Source: Tubiluchus corallicola (lineage: Eukaryota > Animalia > Priapulida). Taken from it: DNA of 43,672 nt. Within the stretch, counting starts at the first letter, position 1; every line of letters starts with the position of its first letter. The stretch is from NCBI GenBank assembly GCA_030141605.1, contig JAQGDQ010000936.1, positions 1 through 43,672 of the forward strand. Reading direction: 5' to 3'. This document shows, in pieces, positions 10,810-23,711 of the stretch. The position numbers and the translations under genes are program-made. The notes under the pieces were generated by a model that did no database searches, had not been told where the DNA came from, and worked only from the letters and a program-made list of their open reading frames with translations.

Positions 10810-11650
10810 CTGCAGGAGACAAGAAACAGCATAGTTCATATTTACAAGATGCGTATCAAAGACGTGGATAATTTCCAGGAGTACCTGCGACTTAGCATTA
10901 ACAAAAATGAAGCTTAGTATACGCAAGTATAAAAAAGCAAACAAACTTTTATGAATAAGTTATCGCAAAACTTAAACTTCGATTCACGCAAATTCAGCCA
11001 ACGAAAGATATCAACGCTTACACCAGATGCAGCATGGAAACAAAATGCTATCTTACAAATGATATATTACTCATGATCTAACTATATAATAAGACTTTGT
11101 AAATATCTATGATTATATATATATATGTGTATATATAATATATAATTATTATAAGTTGTCAGTGTCTTATTATAACCTTTACAGCCTCTGAACACTGCAA
11201 AGTGCAGTCACGCTAGAAATCACATATTAACCACTAATCAAAATTCATTAACCACTAAATGCCTTAACCTATCATTTAGAGGTGTGTTTATTCTTACAAG
11301 TGTGGAATTGTAAATAAAAACGTTTAACACATTTAAACACATGCGAACAACTAGAACTAAGTTATCTTCTAGCTCGTTAATCGAAAGGAAGCTGAGTCAC
11401 GATTAGAAGTTTAGTAAGCCTGATTGCAAAAAGACCTCGTCTAAGATGTACTATAACGACGAACATCTAAAGTAACGAAAAAGGCACGAAATAAATGCAT
11501 AATATACAGACATATGCTGTTATGCATGCATCCCGAAATGCATTTACTAAGAATTTTCAAGTAGGCAGTTTTTCTGACAGTCTCCTGGTGCATCCTGTAA
11601 AGGTAGGTCTACAACGGGAAAGACAGGGAAAAGGTTTAGAAGTGACCTAC

Positions 11651-11764
11651 ATAGTTATAATTAGCATCCTGATCTACGTATTGCTTGAGAATTGTGTAAG
11701 GAACGTGACCCATTCTGCCGTAGGCGTTCCGTGCTTTCCACCAGTTACGAGTGTCTTCTAGCAC
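11651..11764 (-). CDS. EPS8: EPS8-like exon 16: SH3 second half (VLEDTRNWWKARNAYGRMGHVPYTILKQYVDQDANYNY)
   Basis: Acceptor ttttctag, donor gtaggt; 114 nt, phase 0 to 0; SH3 WW and G.VP..IL motifs. Confidence 0.92.
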
Positions 11765-12901
11765 CTAGAAAAAGGCAAGAGCGATGAAATTGAAAATTAC
11801 ATACGCAGGAGGCGTGGTCGCTCCTGTGTTAGACTTAAATGCGATAGACGACACACCACAATGGAATTGTCTCATTCGTTAACTTATTACATTTTCTTAG
11901 ATTTATTCAGTGATGAGAATGACATCTTGCAAAAAACTCTGAAACAAGCCGGGTTTGCGGGCCACGTAGGGCCCCATGGGTGTTCAAGAGGGCAAAACCC
12001 CCTTAGAGCCAGCAACAAATTGCAATTTTGTGACCTTGTTTCATGCATGATTTAAAATACCCAACTATCAAGGATACATGATACCTACACAAGTACTGGC
12101 CGCTCCTATGCAAAAGTATCTAAAAACTGTCTGCAATTGACTCAAATAACTCCACACAATTGATTCTATATTTTTATACATAGAGATATACACATGGTTA
12201 CACTGATGTACGTGATGTAAACAAAGTGACGGTCTGCCAACTAGTGGTCAGCTTGTAAAATAATGTACTGGGTCTGTAAAAATTTTCTCAACGAATTTAC
12301 TCGATTTACAAAAATGGCACTACTGGTCTTCCAAAAACTCGGAATTCCGCGTATCCGCGGAAAATTCTCATCCCTGGATTTCTTATATACAATGGCAATG
12401 TTCACACAGAACAATATGTAAGAATGTAAGGTACAAAGTATATAAATCATCAGCAGATGAAGACACATCAAGTCAACACTATAAGAAAACTTGTTTAGTG
12501 TTAATTTAATAAATAGCATGAATGAACACAAAAAAGATAATTTAAAGAAGGAAATGGTGACGAAAACACAAAAAATGAGAAAATGGATGAAAGCCATTGA
12601 TGAGAATAATATATGCATAATTTTCAAAATTTAGATGCTATTAAAGTGCAAAAGCCAAGAATTACCAAATCTCAAGATTAAAAGAAGAAAAAAACACAGG
12701 CATACAAGGCAGGTAACGATTATGTCTGTACACACTCTTACACTTGTAACCTCACACATATTCACTTGCTTACACACTCACATACAATGTAATCAATTAA
12801 TGCACACATATTGTCTACATACACACACAAATGAACACACACACAAAACTGCATATACAAACACTTATTCATACACTCGCTTACAGCGAATTCATGTGTA
12901 A

Positions 12902-13625
12902 CTAGCAAAGGCTTGCAAAATATTTGCGTGTAAATAATCCGCGAACATCCTACATAGTCCTCATTTATAACGCAAAGCCAGTAGCAGCTTTTGCTGAATT
13001 AAAGTTATAAAGTTATAAGCAGAGTATAATGGTGACGTCAAATCAATGGCTTTGCGTCAGCAGTTTTACAAGCGAAAATTGCCAAAAATGAAACATCTAA
13101 TTAACTTGTCGGCACTCCTCTTGGTGGACCTGTCCTAAAATATAGCCCACATCATCGTGTAGCCCTGTTCTTGCTCATTCTAAAGAGCCATATATCTCCT
13201 TTCGAGAGTCCCACCAGACACCGCTAGAACGTTTTTTCTGCAGGCTGTTTGCTCAAAATTTCGAAAAAATTGCGAGTTGGGGCGGGGAAAATGCCCTTTA
13301 CGAGACATGCCGTGGCCCTCTCGCGAATTCTAAATATGCCTGCTACACCCACCACTGAACGAGCTATCTATCCATGGCCAACAACACCCATGGCCCGTCC
13401 AGTTCTTCAGAAAGAAGAGATAAAAGTTTTGCAAAAACGGCCAAAAAATGGCCATTTTTGGAGGTTTTTCGCCCCCCGTTCCTCCCGGTGGGCTCGATTC
13501 GAAAAATAAACCCCCAATGGCACGACACTAGATCGAGACCTTTCGTTTGATATATAGATCGCCGCAAATGGTGCCGTCATCCGAGCTGTAGCCTCGAATC
13601 TTATATATATATATATAGTTATAGA
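12902..13625 (-). mobile_element. Non-autonomous Helitron-like element, copy 1
   Basis: Minus strand begins TC, ends CTAG and lies between A and T; short subterminal hairpin gcaaaatatttgc; no TIR; homologous to 18068-18741. Confidence 0.7.
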
Positions 13626-14164
13626 TGAATTGCACAAACTGACAATAAATATTTGTCGTGATATACCAACTCCAATGTAAAAGCGAAGGAAATGTATTAT
13701 ACGACCACTGTCTTTGAGCGCTTACAGACAAAAAGGGACGAATAATTGCACTTTCGCCCGAAAACGCACCAGTGAATTTTGGACAAATTTGGCAATTTCG
13801 TACACTACTACGGTTGGTATATCGCTATTATCTCAGCTATAGATACAAGATTAGGGTCATAGATAAATTCAATGACACTGGCTTCAGTCACAGACAGAGG
13901 AGGAACCGCTCATATACCCCACTCTTCTAATTGGTATACAAATACAGGAAATAAGTTTTATTAACATTTTGAACTAAAGAATTAATTTTAATTTGGTACT
14001 TTTCATTTAGAATTTAGAAATTCACTTTGAACTTCATTTCTCACAACAATTGCATAAACGTATTAAAACAAAACAAAATCAGAAAATTTGAAAAATTTTG
14101 CACCTTAACTGGGAATCGAACCGAAGGCCTTCTGCAATGAAAAACCAAGGCGGAAAACATTTAC

Positions 14165-14378
14165 CTCTAAATATTCTCCTTTCGATACGGTGAGTTCTTT
14201 TTCGTTTTTGCCAACGCGATCGTATGTTACTTCGTAAATTTTGGCATTGGTGTTTTTCAGCTGCTTGAGGAATGCCTGTTGCATATCTTCGAAACTCCGA
14301 CGTGTTCGGTCAAGTGGATCATCCATTTGCTGTTTGGCACGCTCGTGCATGACCTGCGTTCCAGTAATCATCGGGTTG
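14165..14378 (-). CDS. EPS8: EPS8-like exon 15: linker and SH3 first half (...AKIYEVTYDRVGKNEKELTVSKGEYLE)
   Basis: Acceptor tttatcag, donor gtaaat; 214 nt, phase 2 to 0; YD....N..EL.V.KGE.LE SH3 motif. Confidence 0.92.
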
Positions 14379-14949
14379 CTGATAAACATATTAGGAAATT
14401 TATTAACTGTGCCGTAAGGTAATAGTAAAAGCATAACTTCTAAAACCAAATTTCCCCGGGGCTCTTATATGTGGAATTCTTTAAAGCACAAGAAAACCCC
14501 ACACTTACATAAGCTTAAAATCTGCCTCGTAATTTTATACCACTTACATATTACCTTTTTGCATACAGGGCTTGCTTCGGCAGTAACGCTGTATAAAATT
14601 TGTAAATCTGTGACATTTAGGGGCAGCCATTTTAATGGTAGGCCGTTTGAAACAAGTTTAGATAACATTGCACAAAGTTTGAAAAATTAATCAGAGCATT
14701 CGTAGCGCACACGTCACTAACTAAGTAAAATTTAAAATTACTGTATCTTGTCAATAAGATTAAAAATACGTTTTTGGTTAGGGAGTGGCGCACCCTGGAG
14801 GGTGAGTCAGCGACATTTTACCAAATGGCCTAAATATTTTAAATTATTATTTCTAGTTACATAAGTCTTTCCAGCTGGTAAGCGAAATGCTAAGCAATAT
14901 AGATTTACGTGGAAAATTTTTTGGGACAAATTGGTTGATAAGACTAAAT

Positions 14950-15591
14950 AATGTGTGCTTGCATAGCAAAATCACCCATAAGTCGACAATTAAGCTTTTC
15001 TAATTATTCACATATCCTGAATCTCCATTTCACGAGGATCATTTTGAAACCAAGTTCATTGCTCTATGTTATTTCTAAGCTGAGATAATCCATGTTGAAG
15101 TTGAGGTGCAGGCTGCGCACTGAAAAACATAATCTTGAGAAAATCACTGTTAAAGTTAGCCATTGTTTTCTGACGCGTTTCTACAAAACACTTAGCAAAC
15201 GCACAAATGTTGGTTGCTATGGACTTTACAAGAGCAGATTGAAGTTACATTTAAATCCAGTAGATGGCTCTTCCTGACGAAGATCTGGGCTTGGCAACAG
15301 AAAAAAGCCGAAGCAAAATGACAGCCTCCAAGAGCTGCTATCGGAGTTTACAAAACACAAGTTTTTTACAATTGCATTACTAGTTTCTAGCCAAAAAAGC
15401 GGGTAAGGAGTTATAAAATTAGATTTTTGGTATTTTTACACTTTTTAGATAATTTGATGCTAGAATATAAAAGTCCAACATATTTAGCATTGGTTTTTAT
15501 AAAGGTGTTATAAATGTTAGATGCATTCTACTTTGAAGCATCATAAAGTAGTTTTGACTTACGGACGGTTTTGGTTTGCAAGCACACATTT
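14950..15591. mobile_element. MITE-like element, family D
   Basis: Inverted termini aatgtgtgcttgca...tgcaagcacacatt; internal segment 15206-15320 recurs at 20825-20941. Confidence 0.6.
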
Positions 15592-15654
15592 ACCAAAATC
15601 CACCTGGGAAAAAGAAACTAAACAAAGTGATTTTGTAAGTATGCCGGCACTTAC

Positions 15655-15744
15655 GGTTCAGCCCTAGGTTCATAACTGGAACCTTGACGACTTGTTTGCT
15701 CTCTTGTTTCAAAGTAACGTTCTTCTGCATAGCGCTGCTCGTAC
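15655..15744 (-). CDS. EPS8: EPS8-like exon 14 (YEQRYAEERYFETREQTSRQGSSYEPRAEP)
   Basis: Acceptor ttttaag, donor gtaagt; 90 nt, phase 2 to 2, in frame. Confidence 0.8.
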
Positions 15745-16432
15745 CTTAAAAACAAAAAGAAAATGCGCTATTAATAAGACATCAATAACTAATAAATTCA
15801 TATTAAATAAATGGGCAAAAACTGTCAATAGCTAACGTTCCATATAGAATTTTAAAGCAAAGAGTATTCACCCCAGAATTTTTTCTCAAAGCCGAATACA
15901 AAAAACATCAGCGATACTTTTTACTTTGTAATTTTTCCTCTAGATTTTCAGTTAGTGCCGACTTTTTATTATTGTTGATTTTTTTTATGTTAAGACATTG
16001 AAAGTATAAGAACCCACAAACAACATATGATTTCATCATTTAGTAACATTTTATGTATGTTGAAAGACTTAACTTCATTCAAAGTACTTTATCATATTAG
16101 TTATGCAATATTCTGTACAACCAAACCTTGGTATAATCCCCCTTTTATAATGCCATCCTCACTTAATGCCCAAATTTTTAGCAAAACAAATTGTCTATAT
16201 TTGCACAGACATGTACGCATTAATGTACCTCGTTATTATTCAAAATTCGCAATAAGGCCAACCTTTTTGTAGTCCCAAAGTAAACAGTATAAAGAGGTCT
16301 ACCGTGTGTAAAGTATCTTAACTTCACAAAAAGTCTTGATAGCGATAAGAGCAGACATAGAAACAACACAGTTACTACAAGTAACTTGTTGTAAATCAAG
16401 TAAACACACAAGCGTCAAAAATCTCCAACATC

Positions 16433-17630
16433 CAGAACGAAGTTATTCAACATGCAGAATAAAGTTATTCAACACGTAGAACAAAGTTATTCAACATGCA
16501 GAACAAAGTTATTCAACACGCAGAACAAAGATATTCAACAAGCAGAATAAAGTTATTCAGCATGCAGAACAAAGTTATTCAACATGCAGGACAAAGTTAT
16601 TCAACATGCAGAACGAAGTTATTCAACATGCAGAATAAAGTTATTCGTTATTCAACACGCAGAACAAAGATATTCAACACACAGAACAAAGTTATTCAAC
16701 ATGCAGAACAAAGTTATTCAACATGCAGAACGAAGTTATTCAACACGCAGAACAAAGTTATTCAACATGCAGAATAAAGTTATTCGTTATTCAACATGCA
16801 GAATAAAGTTATTCAACACGTAGAACAAAGTTATTCAACATGCAGAACAAAGTTATTCAACGTGCAGAACAAAGATATTCAACAAGCAGAATAAAGTTAT
16901 TCAGCATGCAGAACAAAGTTATTCAACATGCAGGACAAAGTTATTCAACATGCAGAACGAAGTTATTCAACATGCAGAATAAAGTTATTCGTTATTCAAC
17001 ACGCAGAACAAAGATATTCAACAAGCAGAATAAAGTTATTCAACATGCAGAACAGTTATTCAACAAGCAGAATAAAGTTATTCAACATGCTGAACGAAGT
17101 TATTCAACAAGCAGAATAAAGTTATTCAACATATAGAACAAAGTTATTCAACATGCAGAACAAAGTTATTCAACATATAGAACAAAGTTGATCAACATGC
17201 AGAACAAAGTTATTCAACATGCAGAACAAAGTTATTCAACAAGCAGAAAACAAGTTATTCAACATGCAGAACAAAGTTATTCAACAAGCAGAATAAAGTT
17301 ATTCAACATGCTGAACGAAGTTATTCAACAAGCAGAATAAAGTTATTCAACATATAGAACAAAGTTATTCAACATGCAGAACAAAGTTATTCAACATATA
17401 GAACAAAGTTGATCAACATGCAGAACAAAGTTATTCAACATGCAGAACAAAGTTATTCAACAAGCAGAAAATAAGTTATTCAACATGCAGAACAAAGTTA
17501 TTCAACAAGCAGAATAAAGTTATTCAACATGCAGAACAAAGTTATTCAACATGCAGAACAAAGTTATTCAACATGCAGAACAAAGTTATTCAACATGCAG
17601 AACAAAGTTACTCAACATACAGAACAAAGT
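16433..17630. repeat. 22-bp minisatellite, about 54 copies
   Basis: Unit cagaacaaagttattcaacatg; source of the repetitive ORFs at 16496-17136. Confidence 0.95.
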
Positions 17631-17663
17631 ACAAGCAAGGAAACTGTTTTAAGCTGTAAGTAC

Positions 17664-17884
17664 CTGTCAGGTGCTGGTCGATAATCACTCGGCTTATAAT
17701 CGCTGTAGCTACCACGGCGACGATCATCTTCTATGTAACCTCCGCCATATCGTTCCTTTCCATAACGATCGGGAGGTGGTCCATCGTAGCGGTAATCTGA
17801 ACCGTAGCGATCATGGGACGGCTGCCGTGAGTATCGGCTAGCGTTGTCCTCATAGCGAGAGTATTGTTGTTGACGTTCTTCAGC
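17664..17884 (-). CDS. EPS8: EPS8-like exon 13: Arg/Tyr/Asp-rich linker (AEERQQQYSRYEDNASRYSRQPSHDRYGSDYRY...PAPD)
   Basis: Acceptor catctag, donor gtactt; 221 nt, phase 0 to 2, open frame. Confidence 0.85.
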
Positions 17885-18067
17885 CTAGATGGGACAAAAC
17901 AGTAAGCAAAACTGAATGTAAACCAACTAAAATTGCTGATATTAAACAGGTACAATCACAACATATTGAATTTCTGATTATTTGATTTTGCTACACTGCA
18001 TATAGAGGGATATTGTATGTATATGTACGTATATATATATATAAATGTATATATGATTAATAAAGAA

Positions 18068-18741
18068 CTAGCAAAGGCCTCACAAAGAATTTTGCATACA
18101 AATACACTGATAATAAATAATATGCGAACATCTTACATAGTCCTCATTTATAACGCAAAGCCAATAGCAGCTTTTACTTCAGCAAATATATAGGCAGAGT
18201 ACAATGGAATGATGCCTTCCAAGTGAGAATTGCCCAAAATAGAATCCCCCCCCCCAATCAACCGCTTGGTGGATGAGTCCTAAAATGTGACCCACATGAA
18301 TGTCTAGCCCTGGTGCTCCTCTTTCTCCATATTTTACATATCTGCTTCTTAAAGTCCCACTAGGCGCAGCTAGAACATTTGGTCAACATTTGGAAAAAAT
18401 CAGGAGAAAGGTCCGGGAAAATGCCCGTTGCGGGCACCGTGGCCCTCCCGCAAAATCTAAATATGCCTACTACACCCACCGTTGAATGGGTTATCTATCC
18501 ATGGCTGGCACCACCCATGGCCCATTCAAATTCTCCAGAAATGAGAGGTATAAGTTTTCCAAAAAACGGCTGAAAAATGGCCATCTTTGGAGGTCTTTCG
18601 CCTCCTGTTCGTACCGGTGGGCCCGATTCGAAAAAATAAACCCCCAGTGGCACGACACTAGATCGAGACCTTTCATCTGATATATAGATAATGCCAAAAA
18701 TAGTGCCATCGTTTGAGTTGCAGTCCTGTCGGTTATATAGA
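18068..18741 (-). mobile_element. Non-autonomous Helitron-like element, copy 2
   Basis: Same termini (A|TC...CTAG|T on minus) and internal homology to 12902-13625, e.g. ggcacgacactagatcgagacctttc. Confidence 0.7.
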
Positions 18742-18883
18742 TATATACCCACATACCACCGAAATTAATATAAAGGCTGTGGTAATAATAGTAATCACTT
18801 TTTCTTGTACTTAAAACCAAAATCATATCCAAGAATTTTCTGGAGTCAAATATACTTAAAATATTGACAGAAACTGGTTATAC

Positions 18884-19040
18884 CTCCGCCTGTGCTCTCC
18901 ATATTTCATCAGCGTGATTCATACGAGCTGCATTCGCTGCTTGGACAGCAACTCTATCTCTGTCTTCAATTTCAAATCCAGGAGACCAGCCGTCAGCAAA
19001 AATAGGATTATATGGATGCACGTATCCCTTGTACAGATGT
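18884..19040 (-). CDS. EPS8: EPS8-like exon 12 (HLYKGYVHPYNPIFADGWSPGFEIED...AQAE)
   Basis: Acceptor ttttag, donor gtataa; 157 nt, phase 2 to 0; conserved PY.P.F.DGW.P motif. Confidence 0.92.
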
Positions 19041-19127
19041 CTAAAATGCACAGAATGAAATCCTTACAGCAAAGCAACTAACAAACTAGTGTTGACTATG
19101 CTAAAAATTAGGAACAGTTTACATATA

Positions 19128-19784
19128 CAGTAAGTGATCGCTTAACGACTCTCCGCTTAGCGACATTTCATTTTAACGACGCTAATCATTTGACACCTGC
19201 TTCTGCTTAATGTCGCGTATTTCGTTTTAGACAATTTTTTTGCCTTACTTATTTACTGCACTTGTGCTCTATCAGAAAGCCCGCCATTTAATCCAGATCA
19301 CTGTAGCAGAACTAAACCAACAGCAGATAAACAGCTATAGCTATAGACAGGCCACAATGATTCATTGCTTTCCCACATTTAGATAAAATTCTTCTTGATA
19401 AATCGTAAGAGTTTCAGCTGATAAAACTCTCTCCTGTTACATAGATAATTGCTGCATTTTGCCTCATTTGCATTTTAGCTGCCACAAACACAGCACTAGT
19501 GATATTAGTAATATTTTAATTAAAGAAACCAGATAAAGTGTTTAATTTATGAGCCAAACATTATTGATTTTTCTCCTGCAAAGATAACTGAACCTTTTAA
19601 CATAGTCAGGCTCAGTGAGTTTGGTCCCCATGCAAGCAACTGAATGTTTTTACATAACCAAACACTATTGATTTGCTCCTGGAACACAACTGAATGCTTT
19701 CATATTGTTTCTTATGTAAAACAATGTTTCGTTTAGGATGCATTTTGCTGGAACCCATCAACGTCGTCAAGCGAGTACTTACTG
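19128..19784. mobile_element. Tc1/pogo-like MITE
   Basis: TIR cagtaagtgatcgcttaacgac...gtcgtcaagcgagtacttactg; TA on the left, TG (probably mutated) on the right. Confidence 0.7.
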
Positions 19785-19959
19785 TGCATGAATATCTATA
19801 TGCATGCCACGTAAATATACAGTATAAAATTATTACAAATTTATACTACCAAGTGTAAGAACATTCAATGATTGTTTCAAAAATAAATGTCATTGCGTAA
19901 TAATCAGTTGGCTTTGTTCGTTGAGATGCACTATGAATAAATTGGAATTTCTACTGCTT

Positions 19960-20178
19960 GGAGAAGCAGAAGGAGGAAGAGGAGGAGCAGAGGAGGAGGA
20001 GCAGAAGGAGGAGGAGGAGGAAGAGGAGGAGCAGAAGGAGGAGAAGGAGGAGGAGCAGGAGGAGGTGGAGCAGGAGAAAGAGGAGGAGCAGAAGGAGGAG
20101 GAGAAGGAAGAACAGGAGGAGGAGGAAGAGCAGAAGAAGCAGGAGGAGGAGTAGAAGGAAGAGGAGAAGGAAGAAGAA
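19960..20178. repeat. Purine-rich (GAG/GAA/CAG)n low-complexity tract, intronic
   Basis: Trinucleotide-type run producing poly-E, -R, -S, -P and -L ORFs in several frames. Confidence 0.9.
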
Positions 20179-20289
20179 ACCAAGTGGCTCTGTGAGTGAA
20201 AACTGCAGAGTACACGTGTTACACTGATTTAACGCTCTATCCCACAACATAAACAACTATTAAAGACGCTTGGAGGTATTATTCTTTAC

Positions 20290-20525
20290 CTTGGTATGGT
20301 AAAAGCTTCACCTAACGATTGCCAGAGTTCGGTTTCTTTCGATGTAAGGCAGTTTTGCAACATGTCGACCGCCTTGGCAGTCGGAAGAGGGGCAACAACG
20401 CGCGAGGGTAGGTTCGGTCCGTAGTTGGAGTCCCGACAAGCATCCACTATCAATGCCAGCGGAGTAAACAGGAAATGTACTAATTCCGGTGCATTTGGGT
20501 CGTGTATTTGATTCTTTAGCTTAGC
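20290..20525 (-). CDS. EPS8: EPS8-like exon 11 (AKLKNQIHDPNAPELVHFLFTPL...CLTSKETELWQSLGEAFTIP)
   Basis: Acceptor cttacag, donor gtaaag; 236 nt, phase 0 to 2; hallmark EPS8 P.A.ELVHFLF.PL and LW.SLG motifs. Confidence 0.95.
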
Positions 20526-20596
20526 CTGTAAGTAGAACAAAAAGAATCACTAGTTATTTAACTTGGTACAAAACAAAACTATTGAGTTTAGCTTAA

Positions 20597-20820
20597 CCCT
20601 TTCACTACGTTGTTGCTTTTCAACTTGTTAACTGGGCTGAATTGGCTTTTCCACATTTGACAATAACTTCTTGTGGTGTGTTACTAAAACAGAATTTTGT
20701 AAATAAAGAAATAGTTGTTCGTTATTGGGTACTAATATTAAATATTAGTTTTATTTCTACACACGCACACACATAAGAGCACACATGCACTCATGCACAC
20801 ACACACACAAGTGCACACCC
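20597..20820 (+). mobile_element. Truncated copy of the piggyBac-like MITE
   Basis: Starts TTAA|CCCTTT and matches 23484-23650 (catttgacaataacttcttgtggtgtgttactaaaacagaat); right end missing. Confidence 0.7.
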
Positions 20821-20941
20821 TCATAAATGTTGGTTGCTATGGACTTTCCAAGAAGACATGGAAGTTACCTTTAAATCCAGGAGATGGCTCATCTTGACAA
20901 AGATCTGAGCTTGGCAGCAGAAAAAACCCCAAAGCAAAATG

Positions 20942-22840
20942 CATTTTGGAAAACACACAAGGCAACATGGTGTCAGGATTAGCAGATTTTCTAATATTTG
21001 GAAAAAACACAAAGCAACATGGTGTTAGGATTAGCAGATTTCCTTACATTTTGAAAAACACACAAGGCAACATGGTATCAGGATTAGCAGATTTTCTAAT
21101 ATTTGGAAAAAACACAAAGCAACATTGTGTTAGGATAAGCAGATTTCCTTACATTTTGAAAAACACACAAGGTAACATGGTGTCAGGATTAGCAGATTTC
21201 CTTACATTTTGAAAAACACACAAGGCAACATGGTGTCAGGATTAGATTTTCTTGCATTTTAAAAAACATACAAGAAAACATGGTGTCAGGATTAGATTTT
21301 CTTGCATTTTAAAAAACACACAAGGCAACATGGTGTCAGGATTAGCAGATTTCCTTACATTTTGAAAAACACACAAGGCAACATGGTGTCAGGATTAGAT
21401 TTTCTTGCATTTTAAAAAACATACAAGAAAACATGGTGTCAGGATTAGATTTTCTTGCATTTTAAAAAACACACAAGGCAACATGGTGTTAGGATTAGCA
21501 GATTTCCTTACATTTTGAAAAACACACAAGGTAACATGGTGTCAGGATTAGCAGATTTCCTTACATTTTGAAAAACACACAAGGCAACATGGTGTCAGGA
21601 TTAGATTTTCTTGCATTTTAAAAAACATACAAGAAAACATGGTGTCAGGATTAGATTTTCTTGCATTTTAAAAAACACACAAGGCAACATGGTGTCAGGA
21701 TTAGCAGATTTCCTTACATTTTGAAAAACACACAAGGCAACATGGTGTCAGGATTAGATTTTATTGCATTTTAAAAAACATACAAGAAAACATGGTGTCA
21801 GGATTAGATTTTCTTGCATTTTAAAAAACATACAAGAAAACATGGTGTCAGGATTAGATTTTCTTGCATTTTAAAAAACACACAAGGCAACATGGTGTCA
21901 GGATTAGATTTTCTTGCATTTTAAAAAACATACAAGGCAACATGCTGTCAGGATTAGATTTTCTTGCAATTTGAAAAACACGCAAGGCAACATGGTGTGA
22001 GGATTAGCAGATTTTCTTGCATTTTGAAAAACACACAAGGCAGCATGGTGTCAGGATTAGCAGATTTCCTTACATTTTGAAAAACAGACAAGGCAACATG
22101 GCATCCGGATTAGCAGATTTTCTTACATTTTGAAAAACACACAAGGCAATATGGTGTCAGGATTAGCAGATTTTCTTACATTATGAAACACAAGGCGACA
22201 TGGTTTCAAGATTAGCAGATTTTTTTACATTTTGAAAAACACACAAGGCAACATGGCGTCAGGATTAGCAGATTTTCTTACATTTTGAAACACAAGGCGA
22301 CATGGTTTCAGGATTAGCAGATTTTTTTACATTCTGAAAAACACACAAGGCAACATGGCATCAGGATTAGCAGATTTTCTTAAATTTTGAAAAACAGACA
22401 AGGCGACATGGTTTCAGGATTGGCATATTTTCTTACATTTTAAAAAACACACAAGGCAACATGGTGTGAGGATTAGCAAATTTCCTTACATTTTGAAAAA
22501 CACAAGGCAACATGCTGTGAGGATTAGCAGATTTCCTTACATTTTGAAAAACACACAAGGCAACATGGTGTCAGGATTAGCAGATTTTCTTACATTTTGA
22601 AAAACACACAAGGCAACATGGTGTCAGGATTAGCAGATTTTCTTACATTTTGAAAAACACACAAGGCAACATGGTGTCAGGATTAGCAGATTTTCTTACA
22701 TTTTGAAAAAACACACGGGAATATGGTGTCAGGATTAGTAGATTTTCTTACAGTTTGAAAAAACACACACGGGAATATGGTGTCAGAATTAGCAGATTTC
22801 CTTACATTTTGAAAAACACACAAGGCAACGTGGTGACAGG
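20942..22840. repeat. About 50-53-bp minisatellite, about 36 copies
   Basis: Unit aaaaacacacaaggcaacatggtgtcaggattag(cag)atttccttacattttg with two length variants. Confidence 0.95.
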
Positions 22841-23483
22841 AAATGCTGTACAGTTTATCTATGTGTAATTATACTTAACACAGTACTTCTCAACTATGAT
22901 AAACATTGTTTTATTTATCAGTAATATAACGCTACATTTTTATCATGCCCATGGTTCCGTTTAAGTTGTCTGTTGTTTCAAAAGTCGTTCTCGACTTTTA
23001 TAGTTTATTTATCTATACCATAAAGTGATAACATTTTACAACTACTTTTACAGTCAACTTTTACATTTTACAGTCTACTTTTCTTTAAAGCTCTTAGCTG
23101 CTTCAAGAAAGCCTGCTTATGAATAGCTTTTATGGTTTTATCAAGGTGATTGCATGTAAGTGGTTTGACTAAGTCACTAATCTTATTACTTTACAGCACG
23201 CAACCGTCTAAAAACTAGCAAGCGAAATCTTGCAACGTTTGCAATTTTGTAAATGCATGACTCACTTTTGAACTGTCGTCTACTAGGTCATAGTGGCAGC
23301 TTGGTGCCATGCGGGTGTTAATATTTCACGTGTTTTTATATAGCCTTTTTAGGAGTTGAATTTGAAATAGAAATAAAATAGAGCATTGTATGTGAACGAC
23401 AGAAAACAACAGTAACGGAGGAAGCTCCGTAACGGCAACACAGAACACTCATTTAAAAAGAAAAGCTTCTACTCATTTCTTAA

Positions 23484-23653
23484 CCCTTTTGCTACGTAGA
23501 GGCTTTTTATTGGGCTACATTGACTTTTGCATATTTGACAATAACTTCTTGTGGTGTGTTACTAAAACAGAATCTTGTAAGTAAACAAAGAATCATTTGT
23601 TAGTGAATACTAATATTGAATATTAATTTTATTTCTACACATGCATACACACA

Positions 23654-23711
<58 letters not shown>

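Noticed and set aside
13249-18832. Similar ORFs at 13249-13637 and 18300-18832 as paralogous genes
   Set aside because: The similarity comes from two copies of a non-coding Helitron-like element; frames are not conserved between copies.
19890-20256. Poly-E, -R, -P, -S and -L ORFs
   Set aside because: Trinucleotide low-complexity tract within an intron; the flanking exons join in frame without it.
5429-22840. Tandem arrays (34, 55, 22 and 53 bp) as CRISPR arrays or repeat-protein genes
   Set aside because: Head-to-tail units with no unique spacers, no cas genes, eukaryotic intronic context, and most periods are not multiples of 3.
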